Of a stretch of DNA of 64,000 bases, positions 43,516 through 53,676 are shown in pieces. The notes under the pieces were generated by a model. It ran no database searches, had not been told where the DNA came from, and worked only from the letters and a program-made list of their open reading frames with translations. The stretch's first letter is position 1. Each line of letters starts with the position of its first letter. The DNA comes from an uncultured Solirubrobacteraceae bacterium (GTDB lineage Bacteria > Actinomycetota > Thermoleophilia > Solirubrobacterales > Solirubrobacteraceae): contig CAZPQW010000016.1 in the NCBI GenBank assembly GCA_964588985.1, positions 1 to 64,000 on the forward strand, in the 5' to 3' direction. The position numbers and the translations under genes were made by a program.

Positions 43516-44943
43516 TTGACAAACGTCGTCCGGCTGGAAAGATCGATTCGGGGAGGTCGAATGGCAGCGGGAGGGAGATCGTCGTTGACTCAGCGCGCTG
43601 GTCGCGCTGGACGCGAAACCACCCCAAACTCAATCAAGCCCCTCTACAAACGCCTGCCGCACGGCCCGCACAGGCTCGATCGCGACCAGGTGATCCTCCA
43701 CCAGCGGGCGCGCATCCACGGCGCGATGGTGGAGGCGGTGGCGGAGTGCGGCTACGAGAACACGAGCGTCAAGCAGGTCATCAGCCTCGCGGGCGTCTCG
43801 CGGCGGTCCTTCTACGAGCAGTTCGCGAACAAGCAGGAGAGCTTCCTCGCGACATTCGACCTGCTCGCCCACCAGACGGCCCAGCGCTCGCGCACCGCTT
43901 ACGTGACCGCCGACGGCGGCCTCGAGGAACGGCTCGGGGCGGCGTTTGGCCAACTCGCGGCCACGGCCCGCGACGAGCGCAAGCCGACGATCCTCGTGAT
44001 GCTCGAGGCGCAGACCGCGGGCCCGCCCGGCACGATGCGACTGTGCAAGGGCATCGCCACGTGCGAGCAGATGCTCTCGCTCAGCTTCGCCGACGACCCA
44101 CACGCGGACCCGCTGCCGACGCCGATTGTGCGCGCGATCGCCGGCGGGCTGCACGGCGCGGCCTCGCAGGTCATCCGCCGAGGCCCGGTGGAGAACAGCG
44201 CGCACCTCGCCGAGGAGATGTTGCGTTGGACGATGCTCTTCCAAGCTCCCGCGGCGGCCCAGCTGGCCGATCGCCTCGCCCCACGACTCAGCCAGCGGAT
44301 GCGCGAGATCTCGACCATGGGCACACGTGCGCCGGTCGAGGCGGAGGCGGCGAGCGCGGACGATCGCGAGCTCCTCATGCAGAACGCCCTGCGACTGGCG
44401 ACGATGCACGAATATCGCGAGCTGACGGCACCGCAGATCGCGGACGAGGCGGGGCTGTCGATCGACGTCTTCCTGCAGCATTTCGCGGGCAAGAACGAGT
44501 GCTACGTGGCGGCGTTCGACATGATCGGAGAGGATCTGCTCGCACTCGTCGCCAGCCCCGAGCTGACCTCCACCTCGGATTGGCCGCGCGCGGTACGGCG
44601 CACGGTTGCTCGCCTGATGCGCGACCTCGCGGAGCAGCCGCTGCACGCGCGCACGATCGCCCAGGAGGCGTTCTTCGCGGGCGGCGACGCGGTGCGGCGC
44701 GATCTCGCGCTGGCCCGCGGCATCGCCACGCTGCTCACCGAGGGAGCACCCGGCCCCGCGCCGAGCGCGTTCACGCTTGACGGCATCGCCGGCGCGATCT
44801 GGCACACGATCCGCTGCCAGGTGGCGAGCGGCCGTATCCAGCTGCTCGACGCGCTGTCGGACTATGTCTCCTACATCGTGCTCACACCCTTCATCGGAGG
44901 GCGGGAGGCGAGCGAGATCGTGACCGAGGAGCCGCCCGTTTAG
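43516..44943 (+). CDS. Tandem (double) TetR family regulator
   Basis: Two HTHs: GVSRRSFYEQFANK and GLSIDVFLQHFAGK; start may be 43561. Confidence 0.88.
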   Translation: MTNVVRLERSIRGGRMAAGGRSSLTQRAGRAGRETTPNSIKPLYKRLPHGPHRLDRDQVILHQRARIHGAMVEAVAECGYENTSVKQVISLAGVSRRSFYEQFANKQESFLATFDLLAHQTAQRSRTAYVTADGGLEERLGAAFGQLAATARDERKPTILVMLEAQTAGPPGTMRLCKGIATCEQMLSLSFADDPHADPLPTPIVRAIAGGLHGAASQVIRRGPVENSAHLAEEMLRWTMLFQAPAAAQLADRLAPRLSQRMREISTMGTRAPVEAEAASADDRELLMQNALRLATMHEYRELTAPQIADEAGLSIDVFLQHFAGKNECYVAAFDMIGEDLLALVASPELTSTSDWPRAVRRTVARLMRDLAEQPLHARTIAQEAFFAGGDAVRRDLALARGIATLLTEGAPGPAPSAFTLDGIAGAIWHTIRCQVASGRIQLLDALSDYVSYIVLTPFIGGREASEIVTEEPPV

Positions 44944-44969
44944 GGAGCCGGAGGGAGCCGGAGCTCCGG

Positions 44970-45239
44970 CTAACGACGCCGGCGCGTGGTGCGTTCGACG
45001 AAGTACGTGAGCACGATGCCAACGAGCAGCGAGAGCACGATCACCACGATCAGCGGCGCGTTGCCCGAGCCGAAGATCCAGTTGACCTTCACGTCTTTGA
45101 CGTTGAACACCGCGAACAGCGTGATCAGGACCGCGAGGATCACCAGGGCGCCGGTGCGCGCCCGCTCGCCGCGGCCGCGCTTGGCGGCCTTCTTCGAGGA
45201 CTTCTCCGAACCGGGCTGCTGTGCGGTTGGCGCAGACAT
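44970..45239 (-). CDS. LapA/DUF1049-like small membrane protein
   Basis: 2 TM with FAVFN..V.V..IF..PL. Confidence 0.75.
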   Translation of the reverse strand: MSAPTAQQPGSEKSSKKAAKRGRGERARTGALVILAVLITLFAVFNVKDVKVNWIFGSGNAPLIVVIVLSLLVGIVLTYFVERTTRRRR

Positions 45240-45243
45240 GAGC

Positions 45244-45837
45244 CTATGTTGATCCTAGCTCGGTGCGCACCCACTCACAGCCCGCGGAGAGATCCTCGAC
45301 GCCGAGCGCGGCGGCGACGTTGAGCGCCATGCCGTGGCGGAAGAAGTCGTCGAGGCGCTCGGGCTCGGCGCCGGAGAGCTCGCCCGCGAGCGCCACGAGC
45401 TGCGCGTAGCGGTGGCGCACAAGCGCGCGCACGACCTCGTCGTCGCACGCGGCGTAGGACTGGTGCTGGAGCATCAGGTAGTCGCGGTCGCTCAGCAGGA
45501 GGCTCTTGTAGGCGCGGCCCATCGCGTCGAGTGCGTCGACGCAGTCGGCGGGCGCACCCCCCTCGCGGTACTCGGCCGCCGCGCGCTCGAACATGTCGGC
45601 GACGCGCTGGAAGCTCAGCTCGAGCGCCGCGAGGAACAGCTCGCGCTTGTTGGAGAACAGGCTGAACACGTACGGCTGCGCGACGCCGACGCGCCGCGCA
45701 ATGCGCTCGACGGGCGTGCCGTGCAGGCCGCCGTGCGCGAACTCGTGCACCGCCGCGGCGATCAGCTCCTCGCGGCGCTGGGCCGCGGGGACGCGCCTGC
45801 GGGCGTGCTCGCCGTCGGTCAGAGGCCGCGCGCTCAA
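45244..45837 (-). CDS. TetR family regulator
   Basis: GVAQPYVFSLFSNKRELF; TTG start overlaps the MFS stop. Confidence 0.9.
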   Translation of the reverse strand: MSARPLTDGEHARRRVPAAQRREELIAAAVHEFAHGGLHGTPVERIARRVGVAQPYVFSLFSNKRELFLAALELSFQRVADMFERAAAEYREGGAPADCVDALDAMGRAYKSLLLSDRDYLMLQHQSYAACDDEVVRALVRHRYAQLVALAGELSGAEPERLDDFFRHGMALNVAAALGVEDLSAGCEWVRTELGST

Positions 45838-47255
45838 GCCGACTCCCCCACGAGCGGTGCCCGCCCTGCCGGCATCTCCGAGACCGCCGCCCGCATCGCG
45901 AAGGGGAACATCAGCACAACCAGCGCGCCCGCCGCGAGAACCGCCACGCCGACCCACATCGCGGGGAACAGGCCGTCGACGAACGCCTGGTGGGTGCCGT
46001 AGCCGCCGGAGCCGGTGAACACCGACGCAAGCACCGCGACGCCGAGCACGCCGCCGACCTCGCGGATGGCGTTGTTCGCGCCCGAGGCTTGGCCGGCCTG
46101 CTCGGTGCGCACGGATGCGAGCACGGCGTTGGCGGACGGGGCGAACACGAGCGCCATGCCGGCGCCGGCCATGATGAAGGGGACGATCATCTGCGAGTAG
46201 GACACGTGTGTGGACAGTATGGCCGCAAGCCAGGCGAGCGCGCCGGCCTGGAGCGAGAGGCCGGCGACCATGAAGGGACGGCTGCCGAAGCGCTCGGAGA
46301 ACACGCCCGCGAATGGCGCGACGACCATCGAGGCCCCGGTCCACACGAGCAGCTTCAGCCCGGCCTGCAGCGGCGTGTTGCCGAGCACGTTCTGCATGTA
46401 CTGGGAGAGGAAGAAGATCGACCCGAACATGCCGAAGTACATGCTCAGCGACGCGACGTTGGTGACCGCGAACGAGCGCTTGGCGAAGAACCCCATCGGC
46501 AGCATCGGCTCGCTCGCGCGCAGCTCCCACACGACGAAGCCCGCGAGCAGCAGCGCGCCGCCGATCAGGCTCGCGAGCACCGTGGAGCTGGTCCAGCCGA
46601 GCGACTGCGCGCGCACGAGGCCGAACACGATCCCGAACGCGCCGCTCGATCCGAGCGCGAGACCGGGGACGTCGAGCGTGCCGTAGGGGCCGCGGCTCTC
46701 GCTCAGCACGCGCGCGGCGAGTGGGATCATGCACACGCCGATCGGCACGTTGATCCAGAAGATCCAGTGCCAGGAGATGCCCTGCACGACCGCGCCGCCG
46801 ACGAGCGGGCCGAGCGCAACGGCGATCCCGCTGATGCCCGACCACACGCCGATCGCGATCCCGCGTCTCTCGTCGGGGAACGCTTCCGCGAGCAACGTGA
46901 GCGTCAGCGGCGTGACGACCGCCGCGCCGGCCCCCTGCACGGCGCGCGCCGCCACCAGCAGCCCGGTCGACGGCGCAAGCGCCGCCATCGCGGAGGCTGC
47001 GGTGAAGATGCTCATGCCGATCACGAACATGCGCTTGCGCCCGAAGCGGTCGCCGAGGGCGGCGCCGGTGAGCAGCAGCACCGCGTAGGAGAGCACGTAG
47101 GCGTTGACCGTCCACTCGAGCGCCTGGATCGAAGCGCCGAGGTCGCGGTGGATGGTGGGCAGCGCGACGCTCACCACGAGGTTGTCGAGCACCACCATGA
47201 ACAGCGCCGTCGAGACGATCCCCAGGGTCCAGCCGTTCCTCCGCGAGTCGCTCAT
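45834..47255 (-). CDS. DHA2 (EmrB/QacA) MFS efflux transporter
   Basis: LDNLVVSVALP, LGDRFGRKR, WIFWINVPIG. Confidence 0.96.
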   Translation of the reverse strand: MSDSRRNGWTLGIVSTALFMVVLDNLVVSVALPTIHRDLGASIQALEWTVNAYVLSYAVLLLTGAALGDRFGRKRMFVIGMSIFTAASAMAALAPSTGLLVAARAVQGAGAAVVTPLTLTLLAEAFPDERRGIAIGVWSGISGIAVALGPLVGGAVVQGISWHWIFWINVPIGVCMIPLAARVLSESRGPYGTLDVPGLALGSSGAFGIVFGLVRAQSLGWTSSTVLASLIGGALLLAGFVVWELRASEPMLPMGFFAKRSFAVTNVASLSMYFGMFGSIFFLSQYMQNVLGNTPLQAGLKLLVWTGASMVVAPFAGVFSERFGSRPFMVAGLSLQAGALAWLAAILSTHVSYSQMIVPFIMAGAGMALVFAPSANAVLASVRTEQAGQASGANNAIREVGGVLGVAVLASVFTGSGGYGTHQAFVDGLFPAMWVGVAVLAAGALVVLMFPFAMRAAVSEMPAGRAPLVGESA

Positions 47256-47269
47256 CCCATGCTCCTAAC

Positions 47270-47313
47270 TTAGTGGTCGCTAATCTCCTCGCGGTGAGCT
47301 TAGCAGCCACTAA
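47270..47313. promoter_or_regulatory. Two TetR-type operators
   Basis: TTAGTGGTCGCTAA (47270-47283) and TTAGCAGCCACTAA (47300-47313), near-palindromic and inverted copies of each other. Confidence 0.7.
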
Positions 47314-47365
47314 TAAGATGTCAAGAGAGGAGGGCCACCGCGCGCACGGCGAATACCATGGTGTG

Positions 47366-47995
47366 ATGAAGCCGAGCATCAGCGGAGCACTCGCCGTCGG
47401 TCTCTCGAGCGTCGCGCTGCTCGGCGGCTGCGGCTCGCAGACCAAGACCGTCTCCGAAACTCAGCCGCCCGCGAGCACGCAGCCGGCCACCACCGCCACC
47501 CAGCCGACGACGAGCACCGCGCCGACGAGCAAAAGCCCGGCCACGGGTGCGGACGGCGGGACCCCCGCGCCGAGCACCACCCGCACCGCGCCCGCGCCGG
47601 CGTTCACGCAACAGGAAACCCACGCCGAAGGCGTGAGCGCCGCCGCCGAACTCGTGCGGGCGCGCGGCTACACGCCGAACAGCACCGCCGAATACCACGC
47701 CGGCCAGACCCTTCGGGTGCTCGTGGGTACGCGCACGGGCTCCGCCGACGGCTATGGCCAGCAGGCGTTCTTCTTCGTCGGCGGCCGCTACATCGGCACC
47801 GACACCAAGGAATCGAGCGCCACCGTGAAGGTGGTCTCCCAGAGCGACACCGAAGTGACGCTCGCCTACCCGGTGTACAGGAAAGGCGACCCGCTCGCCT
47901 CGCCCTCGGGCGGACAGGCTACCGTGCGCTTCCAGCTGAACAACGGCAAACTCGCCGCGCTCGGCACGATCCCGCCGGCCAGCTCTCGCAACTGA
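47366..47995 (+). CDS. LppP/LprE family lipoprotein
   Basis: Lipobox LGGC, Thr/Pro linker, QAFFFVGGRYIGTDT. Confidence 0.8.
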   Translation: MKPSISGALAVGLSSVALLGGCGSQTKTVSETQPPASTQPATTATQPTTSTAPTSKSPATGADGGTPAPSTTRTAPAPAFTQQETHAEGVSAAAELVRARGYTPNSTAEYHAGQTLRVLVGTRTGSADGYGQQAFFFVGGRYIGTDTKESSATVKVVSQSDTEVTLAYPVYRKGDPLASPSGGQATVRFQLNNGKLAALGTIPPASSRN

Positions 47996-48074
47996 TCTCA
48001 GCGTGCCCGCTCGCACGAGCGGAGGTCCTATCGTGGTGGGAGATCGAAAGACCCCACGAGAAAGGCTTGATCGA

Positions 48075-48473
48075 ATGAGCGCACAGATCGACGGCAAGGC
48101 CGAGGCACTGCTCAAGGCCAAGAACTTCGCCCACGTGGCGACACTCCGCGCGGACGGCTCGGTGCAGACGGCGCCCGTGTGGGTGGACGTGCAGGACGGC
48201 CGCCCGGTGGTCAACTCAGCCGAGGGACGCGCGTGGCCGCGCAACCTCGAGCGCGACCCGCGCGTGACGCTGACGGTGCAGAACATGGAGAACCCCTACG
48301 AATACGTCGAGGTTCGCGGGCGCGTCGCCGAGCGCACCCACGAGGGCGCGGACGAGCACATCGACTCGCTCGCGAAGAAGTACATGGGCGTGGACTCCTA
48401 CCCGATGCGCCAGCCGGGCGAACAGCGCGTGATCATCCGCATCGAGCCCGAGCACGTCCACGTGCAGGGCTGA
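48075..48473 (+). CDS. PPOX class F420-dependent oxidoreductase
   Basis: ATLRADGS..PVW..RNLERDPRV..YVEVRG. Confidence 0.9.
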   Translation: MSAQIDGKAEALLKAKNFAHVATLRADGSVQTAPVWVDVQDGRPVVNSAEGRAWPRNLERDPRVTLTVQNMENPYEYVEVRGRVAERTHEGADEHIDSLAKKYMGVDSYPMRQPGEQRVIIRIEPEHVHVQG

Positions 48474-48492
48474 CAGCCGCGCCAAGCCGAGA

Positions 48493-48768
48493 TCAGACGC
48501 GACGCAACAGCCGCCGCCACAGCGACGGGGCGCGCGGCTGCGTGCGCAGCCACTCGTCGCGTAGGACCAGTTCTCCTCGAGCCCTGGCCTTCATCACACA
48601 GCGCGTGTGGGCATGGCGGCGTCGGCTGCTGTCGCCTTCGGGCTTGATCAGCATATGCTCGCTGACAGAAGCCAGATGAAGACCACATATAGGACATCGA
48701 TACGTCGCCGGCTTGAGATTGGCCGCGCTCCGTACCGTCCACCATGGAGCCGCCGGAAGGTTGGACAT
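48493..48768 (-). CDS. Small Zn-finger-like protein (91 aa)
   Basis: TYRCPICG..H..RRRHAHTRC; GACAAT box 6 nt upstream of the ATG. Confidence 0.65.
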   Translation of the reverse strand: MSNLPAAPWWTVRSAANLKPATYRCPICGLHLASVSEHMLIKPEGDSSRRRHAHTRCVMKARARGELVLRDEWLRTQPRAPSLWRRLLRRV

Positions 48769-49839
48769 CGCCCCATTGTCGCGCCGCTCGGCGCCACGCT
48801 CGCGGCCGGCGTCGCGGTGGGCGTCGCGGTCGTGCTCGCGAGGGCCACGCGCGAGCGCCGAACGCAACCGCTTCCCGACCTCGACCGGCGACTGGGCCTG
48901 AAACCCGACGAGACGCTCGCCCACGGCCTGCAGCGCATGGCGCTCGGCCAGGTCGACCTCGCGCTCGAGCAGCTCGCGGGCGCGAGCGCGGGGGAAAAGC
49001 GCGCGGAGAAAGCCGTGCACGAGACGCGCAAGGCGCTCAAGCGCCTGCGCGCGCTGCTCAGGCTGCTGCGGCGGGAGCTCGGTGAGGACGCGTTCGCCCG
49101 CGAGGACGCCGCGGTGCGGGACATCGCCCGACAGCTGTCCGGCGCCCGCGACGCGGAGGTGATGCTCGCGACGCTCGACGCGCTGATCGAGCGCCACCCG
49201 CGCAAGCTCGCGCGACGCAAGGGGGTACGCCGGCTGCGTCGAGCGCTGCTCGCCGAGCACGAGCGGACGGAGCACCAGACGCTCGGCGACGGCGCCGCGC
49301 TGGAGCACGTGCTAACGGAGCTGCGCGACCTGCGGGTGAGGGTGGTCGCGTGGCCGCTGCGCGATCGCGACGCGACGAGGCAGGTCGATGCGGGACTGCG
49401 GGATCTCTATGCCCAGGGACGCAAGCGCTACCGGCGCGCGGAGCGCACGCGGGGCAAGGACATCCACGCGATGCACCTGTGGCGCAAACGCGTCAAGGAC
49501 CTCCGCTACGTCGCGGAGATGCTCGAGCGCGGATCGAAGTCGCAGAAGAAGCGCCGCGGACGGTCGGCGCACCTGCACCGCCTGGCCGACCGCGCCGACA
49601 CGCTCGCGGAAGTCCTCGGCGAGGACCACGACCTCGCGGTGCTCGCCGAACGCGTCCGGGCGCAGGCCAAGCCGGGCAACCGAGCCCGCAAGAAGTCGAA
49701 GCGGGTCGGGCGCGCCACGCGCAAGGCGCTCTTGAAGCAGATCGCGCGTCGGCGGCGCAAGCTGCGCAGGCAGGCGCTGCGCGAAGGGGAGCGCCTGTAT
49801 CGGCGCGGCCCCAAGAGGTTCGTGCGCGAGCTCAGCTGA
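48607..49839 (+). CDS. CHAD domain (polyphosphate-binding) protein; true start uncertain
   Basis: VHETRKALKRLRALL, ARDAEV, HLWRKRVKDLRY, LGEDHDL. Confidence 0.88.
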   Translation: MGMAASAAVAFGLDQHMLADRSQMKTTYRTSIRRRLEIGRAPYRPPWSRRKVGHRPIVAPLGATLAAGVAVGVAVVLARATRERRTQPLPDLDRRLGLKPDETLAHGLQRMALGQVDLALEQLAGASAGEKRAEKAVHETRKALKRLRALLRLLRRELGEDAFAREDAAVRDIARQLSGARDAEVMLATLDALIERHPRKLARRKGVRRLRRALLAEHERTEHQTLGDGAALEHVLTELRDLRVRVVAWPLRDRDATRQVDAGLRDLYAQGRKRYRRAERTRGKDIHAMHLWRKRVKDLRYVAEMLERGSKSQKKRRGRSAHLHRLADRADTLAEVLGEDHDLAVLAERVRAQAKPGNRARKKSKRVGRATRKALLKQIARRRRKLRRQALREGERLYRRGPKRFVRELS

Positions 49840-50305
49840 CGCTGACGAGCGTCATCGTGCGCTTGCCCCTGGGCAGCGCCACCGGAACCTTGTCCCCGGC
49901 CTTGCGACCGAGCAGCGCCACCGCGACGGGGGATTCCGCCGACAGCAGCCCGTCTTTCGGGGACGCGTCGTGCGAGCTGACGATCCGCCAGGTCTTCTCG
50001 GCGCCGTCCTCGTCGCGCACCACCACCGTCGAGCCGAAGCCCACCACGCCGTCCGCGCCAGTCGGCTCTTCCTCGACCACCACCGCCTGCGCGATCTTCT
50101 CGCGCAGCCTCGCGATCTTCGTCTCGAGGTGCGCCTGGTCGTTCTTCGCGTCGTGGTACTCGCTGTTCTCCTTCAGGTCGCCCCATTCGCGCGCGGTTTT
50201 GATCCGTTCCGCGATCTCGCGACGACCCGTGTCCTCGAGCGACTCCAGTTCCGCCTTCAGGGCCTCCAGGCCCTCAGCCGTTGTCAGGTTGCTCGCCTCG
50301 GTCAC
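49832..50305 (-). CDS. greA: Transcription elongation factor GreA
   Basis: AREWGDLKENSEYHDAK, SAESPVAVALLG. Confidence 0.92.
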   Translation of the reverse strand: MTEASNLTTAEGLEALKAELESLEDTGRREIAERIKTAREWGDLKENSEYHDAKNDQAHLETKIARLREKIAQAVVVEEEPTGADGVVGFGSTVVVRDEDGAEKTWRIVSSHDASPKDGLLSAESPVAVALLGRKAGDKVPVALPRGKRTMTLVSVS

Positions 50306-50350
50306 CGCCGTCCAGCCTACTCCACCCGCCACGCACGCCGAGCTATAGAT

Positions 50351-51631
50351 CTAAAAATAGGTGCTCGCCGGCGAGGACAGCAGCGCGTAGATCTGCGCCA
50401 CCGCCGCCTGGTAGAGCAGTTGCGCCGACGGCGGCGTGCCCGCCACGAACACGTCGTCGGTCAGGCGCCTGTACTGCCACGCGTAGTTGACGTAGTTCTG
50501 CGCCGGCGCCTTCCCGGGCGGGTCGTGCGTGATCGAGTCGAGGTACATCAGGTTGCGAAAGAACACCGCCGGGAAGAACGGGTTCTCGCCGGCGAGCCGT
50601 TCCGGCGTGAAGTACGCCACCGCCGCCCGCGCGGTCTGGCGGGCCTGGTAGAGAAAGCCCGCGTTGCCTGTCGCCTGGTAGAGCATCGCGCCCGCGCCGA
50701 TCATCGTGCCCTGGTTGTAGCTCCACAGCGATCCTTCCACCACGCCCTTCGGGTTGACGTGGTCGGCGTACAGTTCGCCCGGCGCCAGCAGGCAGGTGCG
50801 CACCCACTGGTAGGCCATTTCCGCGAACCGCAGGTACTCCGCGTTGTGCGTCAGCCCGTACAGCTGCAGCGCCAACTCCGCCGCCGGCGCGGTCGTGACC
50901 GTGTTGCGGTCGGTGTTCGTCGCGGCGTTGTCGAACGGTATGCCGCCCGGGCAGCCCAGTTCCGGGTTCGTCTGCCACGCAGCTGTCTCGAACGCCATGA
51001 TCGCTTCCGCGCTTTCGCGCACCGACGGTTCGTGGGTCAGCTTGTACAGCCGCACCAGCTCGATCCCCACCCAGTCGTTGTCGTCGTAGTACTTCGTGCC
51101 GCCCGGCCCCGCCGGCGGCGCCACCGTGCCGTCGAACGCCGCCAGCGTGCTCGTGAACACGCCTTCTTCCGCACCCGAGTTGTTCGCGTCGAGATACGAG
51201 CGCAGGCCCACCTCGCGGGCTTTCAGTTCGCGCGCCATCGACACCCCCAGGTGCGGGATGTTCGCCAGGCTCACCGTCACCGCGAGCGCCTGCGAGAACG
51301 GCCACAGATACGAGAACGGTTCGCCCGCGTACAGGCCCGAGCCGAGCAGGTAGTAGTGCGCCTGCATCGCTTCGAACGCCGCCAGCGCCCGCGCCGGGTT
51401 GCCCCGCAGTTTCGCCTTCTTGGACTTCTTCTTCTTCGATTTCGAAGCGGAGGCGCGCGCGAATTCCGAGACGCGCGGATGGAACGCCGCGCGTGTCGCG
51501 CCCGCCGGGTAATGCGACGGATCGGCCTGTGCCCGTGCAGCGCTCGCGGCCCGCGCGGTGGGGGCCGCGCTGAGCAGCAGCACGCCACACAGGATTCCGA
51601 GCGCGTGTCTGTGGCGGAGGCCGGCGATCAT
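50351..51631 (-). CDS. Secreted glycoside hydrolase family 76
   Basis: Signal peptide; YYDDNDW catalytic DD; WSYNQG. Confidence 0.88.
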   Translation of the reverse strand: MIAGLRHRHALGILCGVLLLSAAPTARAASAARAQADPSHYPAGATRAAFHPRVSEFARASASKSKKKKSKKAKLRGNPARALAAFEAMQAHYYLLGSGLYAGEPFSYLWPFSQALAVTVSLANIPHLGVSMARELKAREVGLRSYLDANNSGAEEGVFTSTLAAFDGTVAPPAGPGGTKYYDDNDWVGIELVRLYKLTHEPSVRESAEAIMAFETAAWQTNPELGCPGGIPFDNAATNTDRNTVTTAPAAELALQLYGLTHNAEYLRFAEMAYQWVRTCLLAPGELYADHVNPKGVVEGSLWSYNQGTMIGAGAMLYQATGNAGFLYQARQTARAAVAYFTPERLAGENPFFPAVFFRNLMYLDSITHDPPGKAPAQNYVNYAWQYRRLTDDVFVAGTPPSAQLLYQAAVAQIYALLSSPASTYF

Positions 51632-51676
51632 CGAAGTCAAGCAAACACAACCGGCGACGGCGCCATTCGATTTGGT

Positions 51677-52528
51677 ATGAAGGCGGTCTTGCACTTCGAC
51701 TACGCCACCGTCGGGCACGTCGCGGTCGACGTGCTCCCCGACGGCTCGCGCCGCGCCGGCGGGGCGGCGTTCTACAGCGCGTTGCAGGCCGCGCGGCTGG
51801 GTCTGAGCGCATTGGTCGTCACGCGCGGCGTGCCCGAGGAGATCGAGGAGCTGCTCGCGCCCTACAGCCACGAGCTCGAGCTGCGGATCCTCCCCGGCGA
51901 GCACACCACCACGCTGCTCACCTCCGGCGCGGGCGCCGAGCGCAGCCAGTGCGTGTCCGCGTGGGGCGGTCCGATCGACGAGGACCTCGAGCTCGACGGC
52001 TCGATCGTCCACATAGCGCCGGTCGCGCGCGAGACCCCCACGCGCTGGCGCGGGCGCAGCGAGTTCGTCGGGCTCACGCCGCAGGGGCTCGTCAGGCAGT
52101 GGCCGGGCGAGGATCGCCGGATCGCGCTCACCGCGCCCACCCCCGTGAGCGAACGCGTCGCCGACGGCTGCAACGCGGTCGTCGTCAGCGAGCACGAGCG
52201 CGCCGCCTGCTCCACGCTGATCGCGCGAGCGCTGTCCGCCGGCGCGGTCGTAGCGGTCACCGACGGCGCCGAGCCCAACACGCTGCTGCTGGGAGACGGT
52301 CGGGAGCTCGCGCTGGATGTGCCCTCCATCGACGTCGCGCGCGACGACCTCGGCGCCGGCGACGTGTTCGCCGCCGCGTTCTTCGTCGCGCTCGCCGAGG
52401 GACAACCGCCCGCCGACGCAGCCGGCTTCGCCAACGCCGCCGCCGCCGTGCGCATGCAGGGCGAGGGAGCCGGCGCGGTCGGCGATCGCGACGCCGTCCT
52501 GGCGCGGCTCAGCGCCGTGAGTGGCTGA
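51677..52528 (+). CDS. PfkB family carbohydrate kinase
   Basis: GGAAFY..VTDG..DDLGAGDVFAAAF. Confidence 0.88.
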   Translation: MKAVLHFDYATVGHVAVDVLPDGSRRAGGAAFYSALQAARLGLSALVVTRGVPEEIEELLAPYSHELELRILPGEHTTTLLTSGAGAERSQCVSAWGGPIDEDLELDGSIVHIAPVARETPTRWRGRSEFVGLTPQGLVRQWPGEDRRIALTAPTPVSERVADGCNAVVVSEHERAACSTLIARALSAGAVVAVTDGAEPNTLLLGDGRELALDVPSIDVARDDLGAGDVFAAAFFVALAEGQPPADAAGFANAAAAVRMQGEGAGAVGDRDAVLARLSAVSG

Positions 52529-52540
52529 GAGGCAACGGCC

Positions 52541-53587
52541 TCAGCCGGCGAGCGCCGCGTCGATCTTCCGCGCCAGCTCCCGCACGTCGACCCGCTCGCT
52601 CGCGCCACACGCGCGGACCGCCAGAATCAGACTGCCGCCCACCGGCGCCATCTCCACCTTCGCCACGCGCGCACCCGGCGCGCACGCGTGGATCGCACGG
52701 GTGAGCGGCTCCACGAACACGGGGCCAGCCTTGAACGCGCTGCCGATCAGTCCCACGGGGAACACCCCGTCGCCAGACGCTTCCTCGCCCGCCAGGCACG
52801 CCCGGCGGATGACCGCCGCGATCTGCTCGCCCAGCTCGCGTGCGCCCCGCTCGTACAGCGCGCGCGCCACCACGTCGCCACGCTCCGCGAGCTTCGCCGT
52901 CTCCGTCGCGAACGCCGCGATCTCGCCCTTGGTGAGCGGCTTGGAGTACACCAGGTGCGCCGCCGCCTCCACGCTCGGCGCGTCGAAGAACTCCATCGCC
53001 GCCTCGCTCAGCCCGGTCGGCGGGCCGGATGACTCGCGGTCGCGCAGCGCCGCCTTGATCGACTGCACACCCAGCCAGTAGCCCGAGCCCTCGTCGCCCA
53101 GCACGTGCCCCCAGCCGCCCGCGCGCCACGCGCGCCCGTCAGGCCCCACGCCGAACACGTTCGAGCCCGTGCCCGAGATCACCGCCACCCCCGGTCCGCC
53201 GCCCGTCGCCGTCGCCCACGCGCCCACCACGTCGTTCACCACGATCCACGCCTCGGTGCGCGCGGCACGCACGTGCCCCGCGATCGAGTCGGTGTTCGTG
53301 CCCGCCACCGCGATCACCGCCGTCGTCAGCTGCCCACCGTCTATCCCCGCGCTCCGCATCGCGCTGTCGGCCGCGCCCAGCAGCGCATCCACGGCCGCCC
53401 TCGCGCCGACCGCGTCCTCGTTGCTCGGACCGCCGTGGCCGATGTGCACCGACCCGCTGTCGAGGTCGAGCACCGCCGCGAGCGTCTTCGTCGCGCCGCC
53501 GTCGACCCCGAGCACGTAGCGCGCGCCCTCGCGGGTCTGGGGATGCGTCAGCGCCGGCGGAAGCTGTACGAGAGGATCGCGGCGCAT
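52541..53587 (-). CDS. N-acetylglucosamine kinase-like (BadF/BadG/BcrA/BcrD ATPase family)
   Basis: GVDGGATKT, ISGTGS, GGWGHVLGDEGSGY. Confidence 0.9.
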   Translation of the reverse strand: MRRDPLVQLPPALTHPQTREGARYVLGVDGGATKTLAAVLDLDSGSVHIGHGGPSNEDAVGARAAVDALLGAADSAMRSAGIDGGQLTTAVIAVAGTNTDSIAGHVRAARTEAWIVVNDVVGAWATATGGGPGVAVISGTGSNVFGVGPDGRAWRAGGWGHVLGDEGSGYWLGVQSIKAALRDRESSGPPTGLSEAAMEFFDAPSVEAAAHLVYSKPLTKGEIAAFATETAKLAERGDVVARALYERGARELGEQIAAVIRRACLAGEEASGDGVFPVGLIGSAFKAGPVFVEPLTRAIHACAPGARVAKVEMAPVGGSLILAVRACGASERVDVRELARKIDAALAG

Positions 53588-53676
53588 TGGCGCAGATCCT
53601 CCCAGGATTCACGGATGGGCACGCGCAGTCGGAAATCGCGCGCGCGTGGATTCAACCATCTAGGATCGAGCCCGCC

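Noticed and set aside
44944-44970. GGGAGCCGGA short repeat and hairpin
   Set aside because: Too short; probably just a terminator between convergent genes
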